The position numbers were made by a program, and so were the translations under genes. Below, in pieces: positions 29,801 through 39,529 of a stretch of 53,949 nt of DNA; position 1 is the stretch's first letter; each line of letters begins with the position of its first letter. Origin of the DNA: a virus (taxonomy: Duplodnaviria; Caudoviricetes); IMG/VR virus record IMGVR_UViG_3300021093_000101, positions 1 to 53,949 of that record; one strand, given 5' to 3'. The notes below the pieces were generated by a model. It searched no databases. It was not told the origin of the DNA and saw only the letters and a program-made list of their open reading frames with translations.

Positions 29801-32800
29801 TCCAAATCTTGCCTGTCCGCTTTGTTCTCGGCAAGAGTCCTTTCTATCATGGCCACGTTGCCGGTTCTGCGGGCATCCGCCATTGAGTCGATAGCTTGCT
29901 TGGCTCTGTCTGCCGCCTCTTTCGCGCTATTTCCTACTGACAAAAATGCAGCAGCGAGACTTCCCAAGAGGACAACTACCGCCCCAATACCAGTGCCAAT
30001 TAACAGTCCCTTGATGGCAAGCCCAAAAGCAGTCGTTGCTCCACTGGCGCCTAACGTGGCGATTTGCGCCCCCGTGGCTTGAACACCAAGAATCCTGTAG
30101 GCGGCAGCTAAAATAGTTGCGCCTGCTGCCCCGCTCCTGCTTATGCCCTCAACGGCTTGCATCGTATTCAGCGTTCCCATTAAAAGCAACGCCGCTAGCT
30201 TGGCCGCATTAAAGCCTAGAACTAACAAAGCAAGATTGCCAATAACAGAAGTAAGATTTCCTCCTAGAAATGTAAACAATGGGTTGAGAACATTGCCAAT
30301 TATTCCGGCCAAATTCATTGTAAAAGTAGCCGCTTTTTGTACTTCCGCCACGAAGGCTTCAATATTTTTAACTTGTTGAGCAATAGCTGGATCTTTTGCG
30401 GCTTCGTTTAAAGATTCATACTTGGCAGTCAAAGCTGCAACATTCTGCTCGGCGGCCTTAATTTCCTTGGCATCGGCTCCACCAGTCTTCAAAGCGGAAA
30501 CATCCGATTGAGCAGCCTCTAATTGCTTTCTTACTCTGTCCTGCTCGCCCATGGCGATTTGAGCCGCAGCGGAAATCTCCCTCATCGCTCCCCCGAGTGG
30601 TCCCAGAATGGCTTGCGCCGCAGCATTAGCCAATGGAGCGAAGCTTTCCAATGTGCGCTGGAAATCGCCGCCAACAGTATTCAACAAACCCTGCAACGAC
30701 CTACCCGCTGCTTGAGCGCCAGTGCCAAAACGATTCATCAATTCATCACTTACCTTCGCAAACACTTCTCTAAATTTGCCGCCGACAAACACTCCATCTT
30801 CCATCGCCTTGCTGAAATCCTTGACGGACATGCCAGCGGCTTTTGCAAAGATGGCCAAGGCACCAGGCAGTACGTCGCCTAACTGTCCTTTAAGTTCTTC
30901 GCTCATGATTTGCCCCTTGCTGGCCATTTGCCCAAAGGCATAAATCACTCGCTCCGCTTTGTCTGGAGTGAGCTGAAGGGCTGCAGTGGCGGCACTGATG
31001 CCGGTAAAGAGTTTTTCAATGGACCCCGAATCGAAGCCAGTGGGGGCCATGGAAGCATAAAGACGAGTGAAGCCCGTGCGTGTGGTTTCTAGATTGAGGC
31101 CAAAGGCTCGCTGTACGTTGTCCACGTACAACAGCTCCTTGGCGAACGTGCCGGTGTCTTGCGTTGCCGTTTGTAACGCATTATTGTATTGTTGTTGACT
31201 CTTGGCCGCATTGAGCACTTGACCAGGGAGGCTCGTAATAAAAGCAAGGCCCTTATAGGCAGTGCCGTAGAGCAACACTTGCTTTGTTGCCATTAAAAAT
31301 TCACCGCCGATCTCACGCAAGCCGCCAAGGAGAGGCACTTGCGAAGCTCGAAAGTTTTTCATTGATGCGCTAGCCACGTCCAAGACCGTCTTAAACTTCT
31401 CCATTTGACTGCCTGGACCGATGAACGTGGCGGGGCCTTGACGCCCTCCCAGTGGTAAAGTGTCCGACGGAAAGCCACCAGGAGGCACATAGCCCTGTCC
31501 AGTAAAACCGCCTCCACCTCCTCCACCGCCGCCTCTTTCTAGTGATCTCCTGAATCCAATGATGCCAGCTTCTTGCTCGAGAACCGCACGCTCTCGTTCC
31601 GCCGAGCGTTCATAAGCTCGCCTAATCCGATCTTCTTGCGCCGCATTGGCGCCAGTCATCCCAGCGGGCGGAAGACGTAGCTGGCTTGAGCCTCCCATCG
31701 CATATCTTTGTCCAGCACTAAAGCCCATTTGCTGCGCGATGGTATTAAAAATACCTTGCACACCTGGATCTTTGCGCTTAGAAGCAAACGTTTGTCCTGC
31801 TCCAGGCAGTAAGCCTCGATTTAATTCTTGGCGTAAAGCTACAAATGCTGCTCGTGCGGCATTGCGAGCGTCAATGGCCGCAGCCTTGTTGATAGCCTCT
31901 TGGAATTTCTGTCTTTCTTCCAATGGCAATACCTTGCCTGTCATGTCGATCTTGGCTCGCCCAGCACCCACCTCTGGCGCCCTGTATGAGGGTTGATCAG
32001 CTAACATGCGCTGAAAGCCCTTTGTGCCGCCTGCAGCAGGTAACAGGCGTCCACTCATTTGCGTGGCTATGGCATTTTGAAAATCAATGACAATAGCCTT
32101 CTGGATGGCGCTAGCGAATTTACGCGCATCCAGCATTTCGCGAGATGGCAACACACCTGCAATTTTTCCTGCAGAAAGTGCACGTAACGTTGTGGCCGCA
32201 TTGTTCATTGCGTCCGCAAGTTTGCGAGTAGATTGCGGAAGGTAACTGTTAGCAGAGAAGGCCTCGGCAAACATTTGCGTGCTCTTGCGCAGTTGTTCGT
32301 AGAAATTCCGAACAACTTGCTCTTGAGCACCTATGCCTCCACCAGTCTGTCGGCCTGGCGCAAGCAATCGTCCTGTTATAGGAGGAATCATTTTTGCCGC
32401 GATTTGCGCGGCGTATTGACTAGCGCCTTGAAGGTTTTGCGCAAAACGATCGAAAGATTTTAACTCTGTTTTTAATACTTGTCCGTCAAAAATTTCAGCA
32501 ACTTTAATTTCTACAACTTTGAAATAACTAGCAAGAATTGCATCGACACGTTTCTTTAATGTTTCTATGGAAAGAGCAAGTTTTCCAGAAGGTCCTTCTG
32601 GAAACATAGGCCCTCCAGCGGCAAAAATCGCTTGGAGACCAGTTGCAACAGACGCCTTTTGTGCACTTGTCCTGCTAATACTTGGGAGCAAGCCAGCAGG
32701 ACTCGCCTCTGGAGGGGCTGCCGACAGCAAACGCCCGGATGATGATGGTCCCGCAAAAACGCGCTGTGGCGTTACTGCTGGCCAAGAAATCGCGGGAAGA

Positions 32801-34101
32801 CTTTTTTGCGCCGCCAGTTTTGCTTGATTGCCTGCCTGCCTCAACAGAACAGAACCCACCTCTGTGATTACGACTTTGACAATATTGTCAAGCGTAATAG
32901 TACGCTGCCCCGCTTGAATTAATCTTTGGACAGTGGCATTTATGCCTTCCAAGCTTTGCTTCGCCAATGACTTTGTAGAGCCCCTAGCAAAACCAGCCAA
33001 TGCGGCGACGCCTCCAACCCCTAAGGCGCCTATTAACATCGCTTCTCCGCCTACTTCCAGAGCTTTATGAAGAGCCTGCAAGCTAACCTCTTGTACTACG
33101 CCAGTTAGGCCAGCGGTATCACCAATGCTAAGGCGACCCAGTTGCCTTCCAACTCCCAATACTCCCATGCCGCCAAGCTTGGTTAGTCCGCCGGTCACGC
33201 CAGCTCCAATACCTTTAGCGCCACCAACAATCGCTCCGGTTGCACCACCTCCTAATGCACCTAACGCTCCTCCACGCACTCCAGACCTTGTGGCAGCTCT
33301 TCTTCCCTCTTCAAAGCTCGTTTCAAAAGCAAAACCAAGAGACCTACCAGCGCTGCGCAACAGTGCAAGTAGCCGATCTAAGGCTTGGCTGATTCGCGTT
33401 TCGCCTTTTGCAATACTGGATTCAATTCCAAGAACAAGCCCTTCCCCAGTGTCTTTGCCAATCTTTTCTGTTTTTTTCGATGGAGATCGAGTGTCAAGGC
33501 TGGTGCGCAATTTTTCAAGGACAGCATTGCCCATTTTTGCCGCCGCCTGACCGGCCTCCGTTGTTCCATCGAGAAGCTTATTAATAAGCCCTTTGTTGGC
33601 GTCATCAGCAGCCAACTCAAAGCCCTGGCGTAATTGCTTTTTAATTTCCTCAGTTGACTTGCTAAGGTCAATTCCACCAATGCCTTCGTCAATTGCTGTT
33701 TGTGCAACACGTCGAATCGCGTTTTTATCAAAACCTCCTTCTCTGACCAGTATGCGAGTTAAATTTTGCAACTCTTTAACGCGAGCAGCGCCGCCAGCGG
33801 TGCGCTGTCCAATCACTCCTGCCTTTCCGGCAGAGGCGGGCGGCATTGTCGCCAAAGTCCTGGCTAGTTCTTGAGCCCTTTCTAGTTCTTTTTTAAGATT
33901 GGTATTAACTTCAACGTAAAATTTCTTATCGCTTATATAACGATTTAAAAGTCTAAATTCACTAACAATTTTTGTTCTGTCAAATTTGACGCTTAGATTG
34001 ATTGACTGACCAGCAAGATCTGTGCCAAGACGATTTAACTGCCCGCGAAAATGGCTAAGATCTAAACCTACCTTTAGCAGAAGTTCAGCGTCTTGAGCCA
34101 C
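26860..34101 (-). CDS. tape measure protein with an M23-like peptidase segment
   Basis: 2413 aa, A/G-rich helical; tape-measure motif AFGQMASKGQIMSEELKGQLGD; STGPHLH; C-terminal FANGG.V.GPT.GLVGEG...EAIVPL. Confidence 0.92.
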   Translation of the reverse strand: MAQDAELLLKVGLDLSHFRGQLNRLGTDLAGQSINLSVKFDRTKIVSEFRLLNRYISDKKFYVEVNTNLKKELERAQELARTLATMPPASAGKAGVIGQRTAGGAARVKELQNLTRILVREGGFDKNAIRRVAQTAIDEGIGGIDLSKSTEEIKKQLRQGFELAADDANKGLINKLLDGTTEAGQAAAKMGNAVLEKLRTSLDTRSPSKKTEKIGKDTGEGLVLGIESSIAKGETRISQALDRLLALLRSAGRSLGFAFETSFEEGRRAATRSGVRGGALGALGGGATGAIVGGAKGIGAGVTGGLTKLGGMGVLGVGRQLGRLSIGDTAGLTGVVQEVSLQALHKALEVGGEAMLIGALGVGGVAALAGFARGSTKSLAKQSLEGINATVQRLIQAGQRTITLDNIVKVVITEVGSVLLRQAGNQAKLAAQKSLPAISWPAVTPQRVFAGPSSSGRLLSAAPPEASPAGLLPSISRTSAQKASVATGLQAIFAAGGPMFPEGPSGKLALSIETLKKRVDAILASYFKVVEIKVAEIFDGQVLKTELKSFDRFAQNLQGASQYAAQIAAKMIPPITGRLLAPGRQTGGGIGAQEQVVRNFYEQLRKSTQMFAEAFSANSYLPQSTRKLADAMNNAATTLRALSAGKIAGVLPSREMLDARKFASAIQKAIVIDFQNAIATQMSGRLLPAAGGTKGFQRMLADQPSYRAPEVGAGRAKIDMTGKVLPLEERQKFQEAINKAAAIDARNAARAAFVALRQELNRGLLPGAGQTFASKRKDPGVQGIFNTIAQQMGFSAGQRYAMGGSSQLRLPPAGMTGANAAQEDRIRRAYERSAERERAVLEQEAGIIGFRRSLERGGGGGGGGGFTGQGYVPPGGFPSDTLPLGGRQGPATFIGPGSQMEKFKTVLDVASASMKNFRASQVPLLGGLREIGGEFLMATKQVLLYGTAYKGLAFITSLPGQVLNAAKSQQQYNNALQTATQDTGTFAKELLYVDNVQRAFGLNLETTRTGFTRLYASMAPTGFDSGSIEKLFTGISAATAALQLTPDKAERVIYAFGQMASKGQIMSEELKGQLGDVLPGALAIFAKAAGMSVKDFSKAMEDGVFVGGKFREVFAKVSDELMNRFGTGAQAAGRSLQGLLNTVGGDFQRTLESFAPLANAAAQAILGPLGGAMREISAAAQIAMGEQDRVRKQLEAAQSDVSALKTGGADAKEIKAAEQNVAALTAKYESLNEAAKDPAIAQQVKNIEAFVAEVQKAATFTMNLAGIIGNVLNPLFTFLGGNLTSVIGNLALLVLGFNAAKLAALLLMGTLNTMQAVEGISRSGAAGATILAAAYRILGVQATGAQIATLGASGATTAFGLAIKGLLIGTGIGAVVVLLGSLAAAFLSVGNSAKEAADRAKQAIDSMADARRTGNVAMIERTLAENKADRQDLEGFIQQIEGTTGTKRNAPGGKVVEFITLTPAQKREAERLGVEVGEEATKGFLLGSLNKLKEPLEKVETEGRADLEVAKRRAAQLGLNKPDPAATQAENTLQDTKTTNLESYYNLQDQLAKAFTQAEIDRIEQLHEHRMSMINAEFDLQEARANSFQKAAIRLQKELSQIEMERQSALLKARSAVLLAQGSVAGGAALPGTVATTGGALSQDALTRGRSTGPHLHAQAAGMTEKTLRYLVDKYLEIGGKAASSFGTSRGAAGHGYNAIDYLTPQGTPIALKPGASIGQYGQVGGRGGLMAQVTTPEGNFQLGHLASLAPEAVGPGAPRKVPGSEKRDALAAQQVEIAQRKENLILLQAEEIAYGKIQLALENYVASIFSPAEQKLQNSLLAERNRLEAQGLEGDDLDAAMQKYEIQERINAGIAEATRVIEENNQKVKDGIITTDEANKRNKIQNDLIEKLRKLLPEANKLIDENNLLKKEGISDKVIANLKEELKLLRAISDEEERRLRIRQENKGISKEKEDEIYRLQEVKRNLEQTRALIDDFVKSTSNDYKGFLKAVIKGEDATDALKQFQEALTDRVLTIFLDFTMAPVEKFFQESLRDMFLPKNIPGIDEEQKKAATPVEANTNATIDNTKAIKELTNAIGGGAAPSGQTATTAVGGLAGLLGGAGVDMTGVTYAQAMGDTSVNFAGISEQLSSLTSVQEDYMQSIAATRDVFSNATFGISQQTEMASNVLAAGTQETQRQGSSFGQALGRAVQTLGAAAGSVLGIAAGVQQIQSGGTSGVLGGIGSILMSVAGLGSAFSGLGGLFGGGGGGGSLATASNNLSGTGALRVPRFLGGRFGANGGIATGGWEPFPVTPFANGGMVTGPTLGLVGEGRYNEAIVPLPDGRSIPVQLQDTSIRDRMGNTASNNATTPVLSMSFQSTTINGVEYVDRAQLEVAMAETRRIAVREGASRGATIALDRLANSPNSRRRIGLR

Positions 34102-34137
34102 GTTTACACTGTTGCCACTATTCTCTTAATTCTATAG

Positions 34138-34605
34138 TCATTGCTCTTGATTGCGCCCGGCAAAAGCTTTTAGTTCATCTGCCAAGAGAGCAATAACGCG
34201 ACCATCCATCACGCGCTCTTTCATGAGACGCTGAAGCACAATAAGACTCTCATCCGTCACTCCATCTTCTTTTTTGATTGCTTTGGTATCAAATGGCAGG
34301 AAATCTTCTGGTTTAATCTTGCTCTTCTTGCCCGCCATCATTCCAGCAGCCATGGCGCCAAGCTTTGCCGTGGCCAGGCTTTCCGTATTGTATTTAGTAA
34401 TATCGTGCTTCTCTAAAAATTTCAGGGCAAGCTTTACATCGTGAACGCGCTGCTTTCCAAAATTATGCGCATACCAACGATCATCCTTATAGTCGGACGA
34501 ACAGAGGCGAAAATACACCTCGTTCCAATTGGTCATGTTTTTTAGGAAATGACGCGCTTGGTCCTCTAGCTGTTCTGCGACTGAGCTGGAGCTTTCCTTT
34601 GAGCT
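34138..34605 (-). CDS. tail assembly chaperone T segment (-1 frame extension of G)
   Basis: Frame is open from the slippery site at 34605 through MTNW... to TGA at 34138. Confidence 0.75.
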   Translation of the reverse strand, partial: SSKESSSSVAEQLEDQARHFLKNMTNWNEVYFRLCSSDYKDDRWYAHNFGKQRVHDVKLALKFLEKHDITKYNTESLATAKLGAMAAGMMAGKKSKIKPEDFLPFDTKAIKKEDGVTDESLIVLQRLMKERVMDGRVIALLADELKAFAGRNQEQ

Positions 34606-35120
34606 TTTTTTGCTGCGGTGTTAGCCTCCTTGACTTCTGCGTCTTGCTCAGCAGCAATAAATTCAACCACTTTTGTGATAATAGAACGAGGCAGGCCCTT
34701 GGTGTCTTCTAAGTCCCAATCAGACAGGTCTTGCCATTCGTTGTCAATCATGCCCTGACCTCGAGAGCGCATAAAGGCAGTAACCATGCGAGCATTAATG
34801 GCTTCCACGGAAGTAGTGCCAGTAATCATTGCAAGAGTTTCGTCAGTGAAGTCTGACAGCAGTTCTGCTTCGCTAATAGCACCACCGCCTTGAAGAAGGG
34901 CAAATGCTTCATCCAAGGGGATTTCCTTCGATGCAGCAATGCGCTTGGCCAATTGAACGGCACGAATGGTGGCTTGGCTTTGAAGCTTGCTGATTTCCTC
35001 TTGCTCAATGGCTTCCGCCACAAGCCAGCCATTGTATTTCTTCAGTCGAATGTCAGGAAGAAGATCGAAATAATCTTCAGCCTTAGTTTGGACTAGGAAG
35101 CTGTACTTGCTCATGATCAA
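34566..35120 (-). CDS. tail assembly chaperone G
   Basis: Position upstream of the TMP; GCA AAA AAA slippery run near the 3' end. Confidence 0.8.
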   Translation of the reverse strand: MIMSKYSFLVQTKAEDYFDLLPDIRLKKYNGWLVAEAIEQEEISKLQSQATIRAVQLAKRIAASKEIPLDEAFALLQGGGAISEAELLSDFTDETLAMITGTTSVEAINARMVTAFMRSRGQGMIDNEWQDLSDWDLEDTKGLPRSIITKVVEFIAAEQDAEVKEANTAAKKAQRKAPAQSQNS

Positions 35121-35340
35121 GAATGTTTAGCAAAGCGTTGAACACTTTCACTCGTTCATGACTGGAGCGAAATTCTTTGGGAATCTCGACCAGGAACGAA
35201 TGGTTGTCGTTTGAAATTCTAATGGTGGTTTCGCGACAAGCAACAAGACAAAGAATGCCAGCTTGTAAAGCAGTGCCTTCTATTTCGTTGTTAATAGCGT
35301 GGACTGTTTTATCATGGCTATGGAGATAGTCAATTTTCAT
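35083..35340 (-). CDS. hypothetical protein
   Basis: 85-aa ORF coupled to both neighbours. Confidence 0.6.
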   Translation of the reverse strand: MKIDYLHSHDKTVHAINNEIEGTALQAGILCLVACRETTIRISNDNHSFLVEIPKEFRSSHERVKVFNALLNILDHEQVQLPSPN

Positions 35341-35810
35341 TAGGACGAAAATGCTGCTCGTATCCTATTTAATAATTCTTGCTTAATTTCACTGGTGTCA
35401 AATTTTTGAGGCACTGCAAGCTCATCAGTCCATTCGCGAGGTTTTAAATTTGTTTTGGATCCATCGTGGACATAACGGGCGTAAGCCTGACCGGCCTCGT
35501 TCTTGGCGTCCCACTTCCAACTGGCCATGGCAGTAGTAGGCGACAGCGTGACGTTGCAATTTTCCACGCCACTGTCGTACAGTTTTCCATAATCGTAAAT
35601 ATCGCGAGGACTGTCAGCGTCTCGTATTAGCGCCGTAGAGCTTTTGCGCTTAGTTTCCCCTGGATAGTCCCATTTAGGCGTTTTAAATTGCTGTTCCCAA
35701 TATTTTTCATTAATGTCTTCCCAAACCCACTGCTCAAAAGCTTGCGCTAATTTATTGGCCAAAACTTGAGCATTGCGCATGCGAGCGCCAGTAATCGTAA
35801 TGACGCTCAT
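35340..35810 (-). CDS. neck / tail-completion protein (HK97 gp10-like)
   Basis: SPRDIYD.G.L..S, YA.YVHDG and PR.W motifs. Confidence 0.7.
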   Translation of the reverse strand: MSVITITGARMRNAQVLANKLAQAFEQWVWEDINEKYWEQQFKTPKWDYPGETKRKSSTALIRDADSPRDIYDYGKLYDSGVENCNVTLSPTTAMASWKWDAKNEAGQAYARYVHDGSKTNLKPREWTDELAVPQKFDTSEIKQELLNRIRAAFSS

Positions 35811-36217
35811 GATGGATATAAATGACGAAGCACTAGTTCGGGAATTACAAAACGACAACGTTCGTAAGCCACGTCGTCTCCAGGGGAATAACGAGGTGTG
35901 GAGTCAGGAAATCTTCTGATTATTCTTTCCATTGCCTCTGCGATTTCCTTGCCGTCGGGATTGTATTGGACTAAAATCACTTCCCAAAGCTGCCGTATTT
36001 TTACGGTGCCCCCCAAGGGCGAACGAGGGGAAAGCTCAGGATATTGTCGCATTGTCACTTCTAAGCCCACTGCTCTCCATTCGCTTGGCACGCTCTTTTG
36101 CCCCACCACGTACACGGCAGGAATAGAAGAGCCGTCTGGCAGGATGTACGAGCCGATTAAGCTTGGAGCGGCGTCCAGAAGCTCTGTGATGGTTTCGCGA
36201 AGTTGAGAGACATTCAT
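35807..36217 (-). CDS. tail terminator-like protein
   Basis: Size, synteny and LRETI..LL...PAVYV pattern. Confidence 0.6.
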   Translation of the reverse strand: MNVSQLRETITELLDAAPSLIGSYILPDGSSIPAVYVVGQKSVPSEWRAVGLEVTMRQYPELSPRSPLGGTVKIRQLWEVILVQYNPDGKEIAEAMERIIRRFPDSTPRYSPGDDVAYERCRFVIPELVLRHLYPS

Positions 36218-36231
36218 AATGCCATGCTAAG

Positions 36232-36259
36232 AAAGAAAAAGCCTCCCGCAGGGGAGGCT
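36232..36259 (-). terminator. rho-independent terminator after the major tail gene
   Basis: AGCCTCCC-CTGC-GGGAGGCT followed by TTTTCTTT on the minus strand. Confidence 0.8.
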
Positions 36260-36281
36260 AAGGAAACCATGGGAGGGAAGG

Positions 36282-36860
36282 TCAGGAGTTGGGAGCAGTC
36301 GGAATGATGCTGCCAGCCTCTTCGGCGTTTTGATGGATGCCGATGCGACCACGGCTGGTCAGGTCGAAGGTCACTTCCACGAGGTTATCGGCAGGATAGC
36401 TCTCGTTGTAGTTCATAACGCAGGCAACAAAGGCCACGCGGTCATAGTAGTAAGTGTTGCCCGAAGCACCCAGTTGCTTGTTGATTTCCACATACACTTC
36501 GTGGTTTTTGTCATACCGCGAAGCACTAATGGTTTGGAAAGCTTCGTCGAAGCTATTGGGAATGAAGACGGTGCCATCAACGTCCTTCTGGAAGTAGGAG
36601 GTGATGGAAGCAGTGGCTTGGCTGGTAACGATCACGCTATCAGCAAAACCGCCGCCGCCAAGCAGATAGAATTCGGTGTTGCCATCGTTAAAGGCAACAG
36701 TGGCGGTAGTAGCTGCTTGCAGCGTATAAAGGGTGGGAGCGCCGCTAACAGTGAAAGTAGCGCCGCTTTGAGTGATGGTAGGACGAGCCGTCCCTGCAAT
36801 TGAGCCAACACGAACAATAACGTCTTGGCTCTTAACCAATTCTGTGGGGTGGTAGAGCAT
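36282..36860 (-). CDS. major tail tube protein
   Basis: 192 aa; strong codon bias like the capsid gene; followed by a terminator; synteny. Confidence 0.7.
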   Translation of the reverse strand: MLYHPTELVKSQDVIVRVGSIAGTARPTITQSGATFTVSGAPTLYTLQAATTATVAFNDGNTEFYLLGGGGFADSVIVTSQATASITSYFQKDVDGTVFIPNSFDEAFQTISASRYDKNHEVYVEINKQLGASGNTYYYDRVAFVACVMNYNESYPADNLVEVTFDLTSRGRIGIHQNAEEAGSIIPTAPNS

Positions 36861-36899
36861 GATGATGCCTCAACAATGGAGAGAGAAAGTGGTCGAGCG

Positions 36900-37289
36900 T
36901 CAGACGTTCTGAACGCTTCCTTTGCCAACCAGTCTAAAAATTCCTCTGATTGGCGTGCCTAAGAATTGCCAATAATGTTCAGCAATTTGTTCATTAGGCA
37001 ATAGCTCAAACCGTCCTTCTCTTCCATTGATTGTGGCAGCAGCGGAGCTTCCAGGAGAGACGCCAGAGAGAGCCAAGGGGCTCGTCAATCTTCCCTCCAT
37101 GTAAACAGCCGTATTATCTGCACCAAGCAAATAATCGTACTGAGGATTCCGCTTTTGCCTCAAGGTGGCATAATACGTGACGCCCGAAGACAATGGCACG
37201 TAATTACCAGTGGATTGATCAACGGCATAGCCAGAAGCCACTGACCACACAAGCGTGGCATTAGCTAAAGGCAGGAGACCATTGATCAT
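36900..37289 (-). CDS. head closure protein
   Basis: Synteny after the adaptor; VDQSTGNY motif. Confidence 0.55.
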   Translation of the reverse strand: MINGLLPLANATLVWSVASGYAVDQSTGNYVPLSSGVTYYATLRQKRNPQYDYLLGADNTAVYMEGRLTSPLALSGVSPGSSAAATINGREGRFELLPNEQIAEHYWQFLGTPIRGIFRLVGKGSVQNV

Positions 37290-37600
37290 ACAACGAAGCC
37301 AATAGAAGAAGAACCAGCGACGGTTTCAAGCATTCGTTTGAACTCTTGGCCATATTGAGTGGCATTGAGTCCTTCGCCATACACTTTGCCTTCTGTGGCA
37401 CCAATTTGGATGCCCATTTGAGCCAATTGAATGGCGATAATGTGAGCCGCAAGGTGCTTTACTGCCCTGTCGGTTTGGCTACCAAACACATCAGCCGACG
37501 CATCGGCAGTTGCTTCAGTGATAGCCCCGTTCACAATTCCCGATGGATGGGGAGTGAATTCAGGGAAGCGCTCTAGAAAGCTTGCGTAGGTGACGGCCAT
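37286..37600 (-). CDS. head-tail adaptor (DUF4054-like)
   Basis: FLERFPEF...LAAH...ATQYGQEF. Confidence 0.8.
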   Translation of the reverse strand: MAVTYASFLERFPEFTPHPSGIVNGAITEATADASADVFGSQTDRAVKHLAAHIIAIQLAQMGIQIGATEGKVYGEGLNATQYGQEFKRMLETVAGSSSIGFVV

Positions 37601-37602
37601 GA

Positions 37603-37989
37603 TTATGCCTTTCCAGTGCGAATAGCTTCCAAACGCTTGTTAATGGCATTACGAATGCGCACTCGCCCTTCAATCTTTTTCCAATCGCCCAATTGCTCGG
37701 GATCATGGATAAGTTCAACAGTGCGAATGGCTTCGACGAGAGGAAGTTGAGAAAGAGTGCGAACATCCTGCGGAATGTTTTCTACAGTCAGTTGCTCTTT
37801 AAGCTCTTCGATGGCACCAATGGCCATAAGACGTTTAACGGTCCTGTTTTCCCGAGCTACTTTCCATTGACCCTCAGGCACTTCTTGGTTAAGACCAGGA
37901 GTGAGTTGGATCATTCCTCCGTCGGTGATAATGCCAAAGCCACCTTCACGCGGCGGGTTTTCAAGTTCGGGGCGATAAGCAATAAGCAT
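37603..37989 (-). CDS. hypothetical head-associated protein
   Basis: L.PG.N.V...W and E.R..IRNAI..R motifs; directly after the MCP gene. Confidence 0.65.
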   Translation of the reverse strand: MLIAYRPELENPPREGGFGIITDGGMIQLTPGLNQEVPEGQWKVARENRTVKRLMAIGAIEELKEQLTVENIPQDVRTLSQLPLVEAIRTVELIHDPEQLGDWKKIEGRVRIRNAINKRLEAIRTGKA

Positions 37990-38042
37990 TTGATGTTCAA
38001 AAAGAACTGTTGATTAGCTTAACGCCCCTCCCTTGACTACGC

Positions 38043-38951
38043 TCAAGCCGATTCTTGAACGTAAATGACGCTCTTGGGATAGTACAGAGCGACACCACCC
38101 ACACGGGCATGAGCAGGAACGATGAATTCCAGACCACGCTGCTGGGGCGGGAACAGTTCAAGCGGCTGAGGAATGTGCAGTTGCACTTTCTCGGGGTCAC
38201 GCTTGTACACCACCATCCGATTGGTGTTGAGCACGCTATTGCCAGCATCAAGCTGGTTCAGAGGCTCAACGTTACGGATGTAGGGGTTGGTGCGCAGGAA
38301 GTATTCCAGCACGGTCACATCCGAGGAGTCCGAATTACGACGAGTGGAGATCTCGCGGTAATCGTCATAAGCCATCAGGATGGTGTCGGGCTGCTCCTTC
38401 ATCTTGGAAGCGTTGATGATGGCAGTCACGCCATAGTTCAACAGTTCCAGCATTTCCTGAGCAGTGGTGCCGCTGCTGGTGAACCACTTGTCAGCAGTCA
38501 CCACATCAACGGTGGAGTTGTTCAGGAAGCCAGCCAGACCAACGGACGACTCTCCGAAGAAGGCCACATCTTCCACTTTCTCTTCGTAAGCACGACGCAC
38601 TGCAGAAGCACGGCGTTGCTCAAGAGCAATGTTGGCCATTTGAGCAGCACGCAGTTCTTGAACGGTGTAGCCGAAGCTGCCGCCAAACGAACGGATGTTG
38701 ATGCTCTTTTCCACCTGGCTGATGTCGGCACGGGGCAGATCATCGGCAGCATCCGCAATCAGACGGAACTCACCAGTGGAGTCCATGATGCGGTAGGTGA
38801 AGGTTTGGGCGCCAGGACCAGCTTCGCTGGTTACAGGCAGAATGGTCGGGTATTTGATGTCAGCGTACTGAACTTCAAACACCTGAGGGCGGATAAATTC
38901 AAGCTGACGCTCAAGAAAGAGCCCAGCTTCGTCCATGCGAAAATCAGACAT
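38043..38951 (-). CDS. major capsid protein (DUF2184, HK97/encapsulin-like fold)
   Basis: FLERQLEFI, YTVQELRAA, GLAGFLN, GGVALYYP motifs. Confidence 0.9.
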   Translation of the reverse strand: MSDFRMDEAGLFLERQLEFIRPQVFEVQYADIKYPTILPVTSEAGPGAQTFTYRIMDSTGEFRLIADAADDLPRADISQVEKSINIRSFGGSFGYTVQELRAAQMANIALEQRRASAVRRAYEEKVEDVAFFGESSVGLAGFLNNSTVDVVTADKWFTSSGTTAQEMLELLNYGVTAIINASKMKEQPDTILMAYDDYREISTRRNSDSSDVTVLEYFLRTNPYIRNVEPLNQLDAGNSVLNTNRMVVYKRDPEKVQLHIPQPLELFPPQQRGLEFIVPAHARVGGVALYYPKSVIYVQESA

Positions 38952-38965
38952 TTGGGGGCCTCCTA

Positions 38966-39526
38966 TCAAGTGTCAGCGGTGAGGGTGAACGAAGGGCCGT
39001 TCAACTCAACAATCGCCAGGCCGGAGCCAGTGACGGAAGTGAGATAGCGAGCGTTCGACAGAACAGCGCTCTTGTTGGCAATAGCATCGCCAGTAAACTG
39101 ACCGGCATATTTAACGCCAGTAGCAGTGTGAATGACGCGCACTGCAGTGGCGGGGGTGCAATCGCCATGCACGTACACGGCAACAGCGCCTTCGTTGGCC
39201 ACGTTCAGCACTTGCTCATCCTTCACGCCAGGACGGCTGTTGGAATCAAGAGCGGTTTCGTCCACATAGGTGAGGACATTGAGGCCAACAACGGTTTCGC
39301 CAGTACCACCAAGAGTCTTGGCAGAATTAGCAACAGTGCCGCCGGAAGCATAAGCAACGACATTACCGAAGGCGATAACAGCGTTGGTTTCATTGACATA
39401 GGTGCCAATGGTATTGTCGCGAATGTCGGACAGTTGACCTTCCAGCAGGGGATCATGCTCCAGGGCATAAGCCTGTTGCACACCACCAGCGGTAGGAGAG
39501 CCCGAAGCAGTAAAAACTACAGCCAT
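38966..39526 (-). CDS. capsid decoration/cement protein
   Basis: Lies between protease and MCP; I.FG..V and G.V.V motifs. Confidence 0.75.
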   Translation of the reverse strand: MAVVFTASGSPTAGGVQQAYALEHDPLLEGQLSDIRDNTIGTYVNETNAVIAFGNVVAYASGGTVANSAKTLGGTGETVVGLNVLTYVDETALDSNSRPGVKDEQVLNVANEGAVAVYVHGDCTPATAVRVIHTATGVKYAGQFTGDAIANKSAVLSNARYLTSVTGSGLAIVELNGPSFTLTADT

Positions 39527-39529
39527 GGA

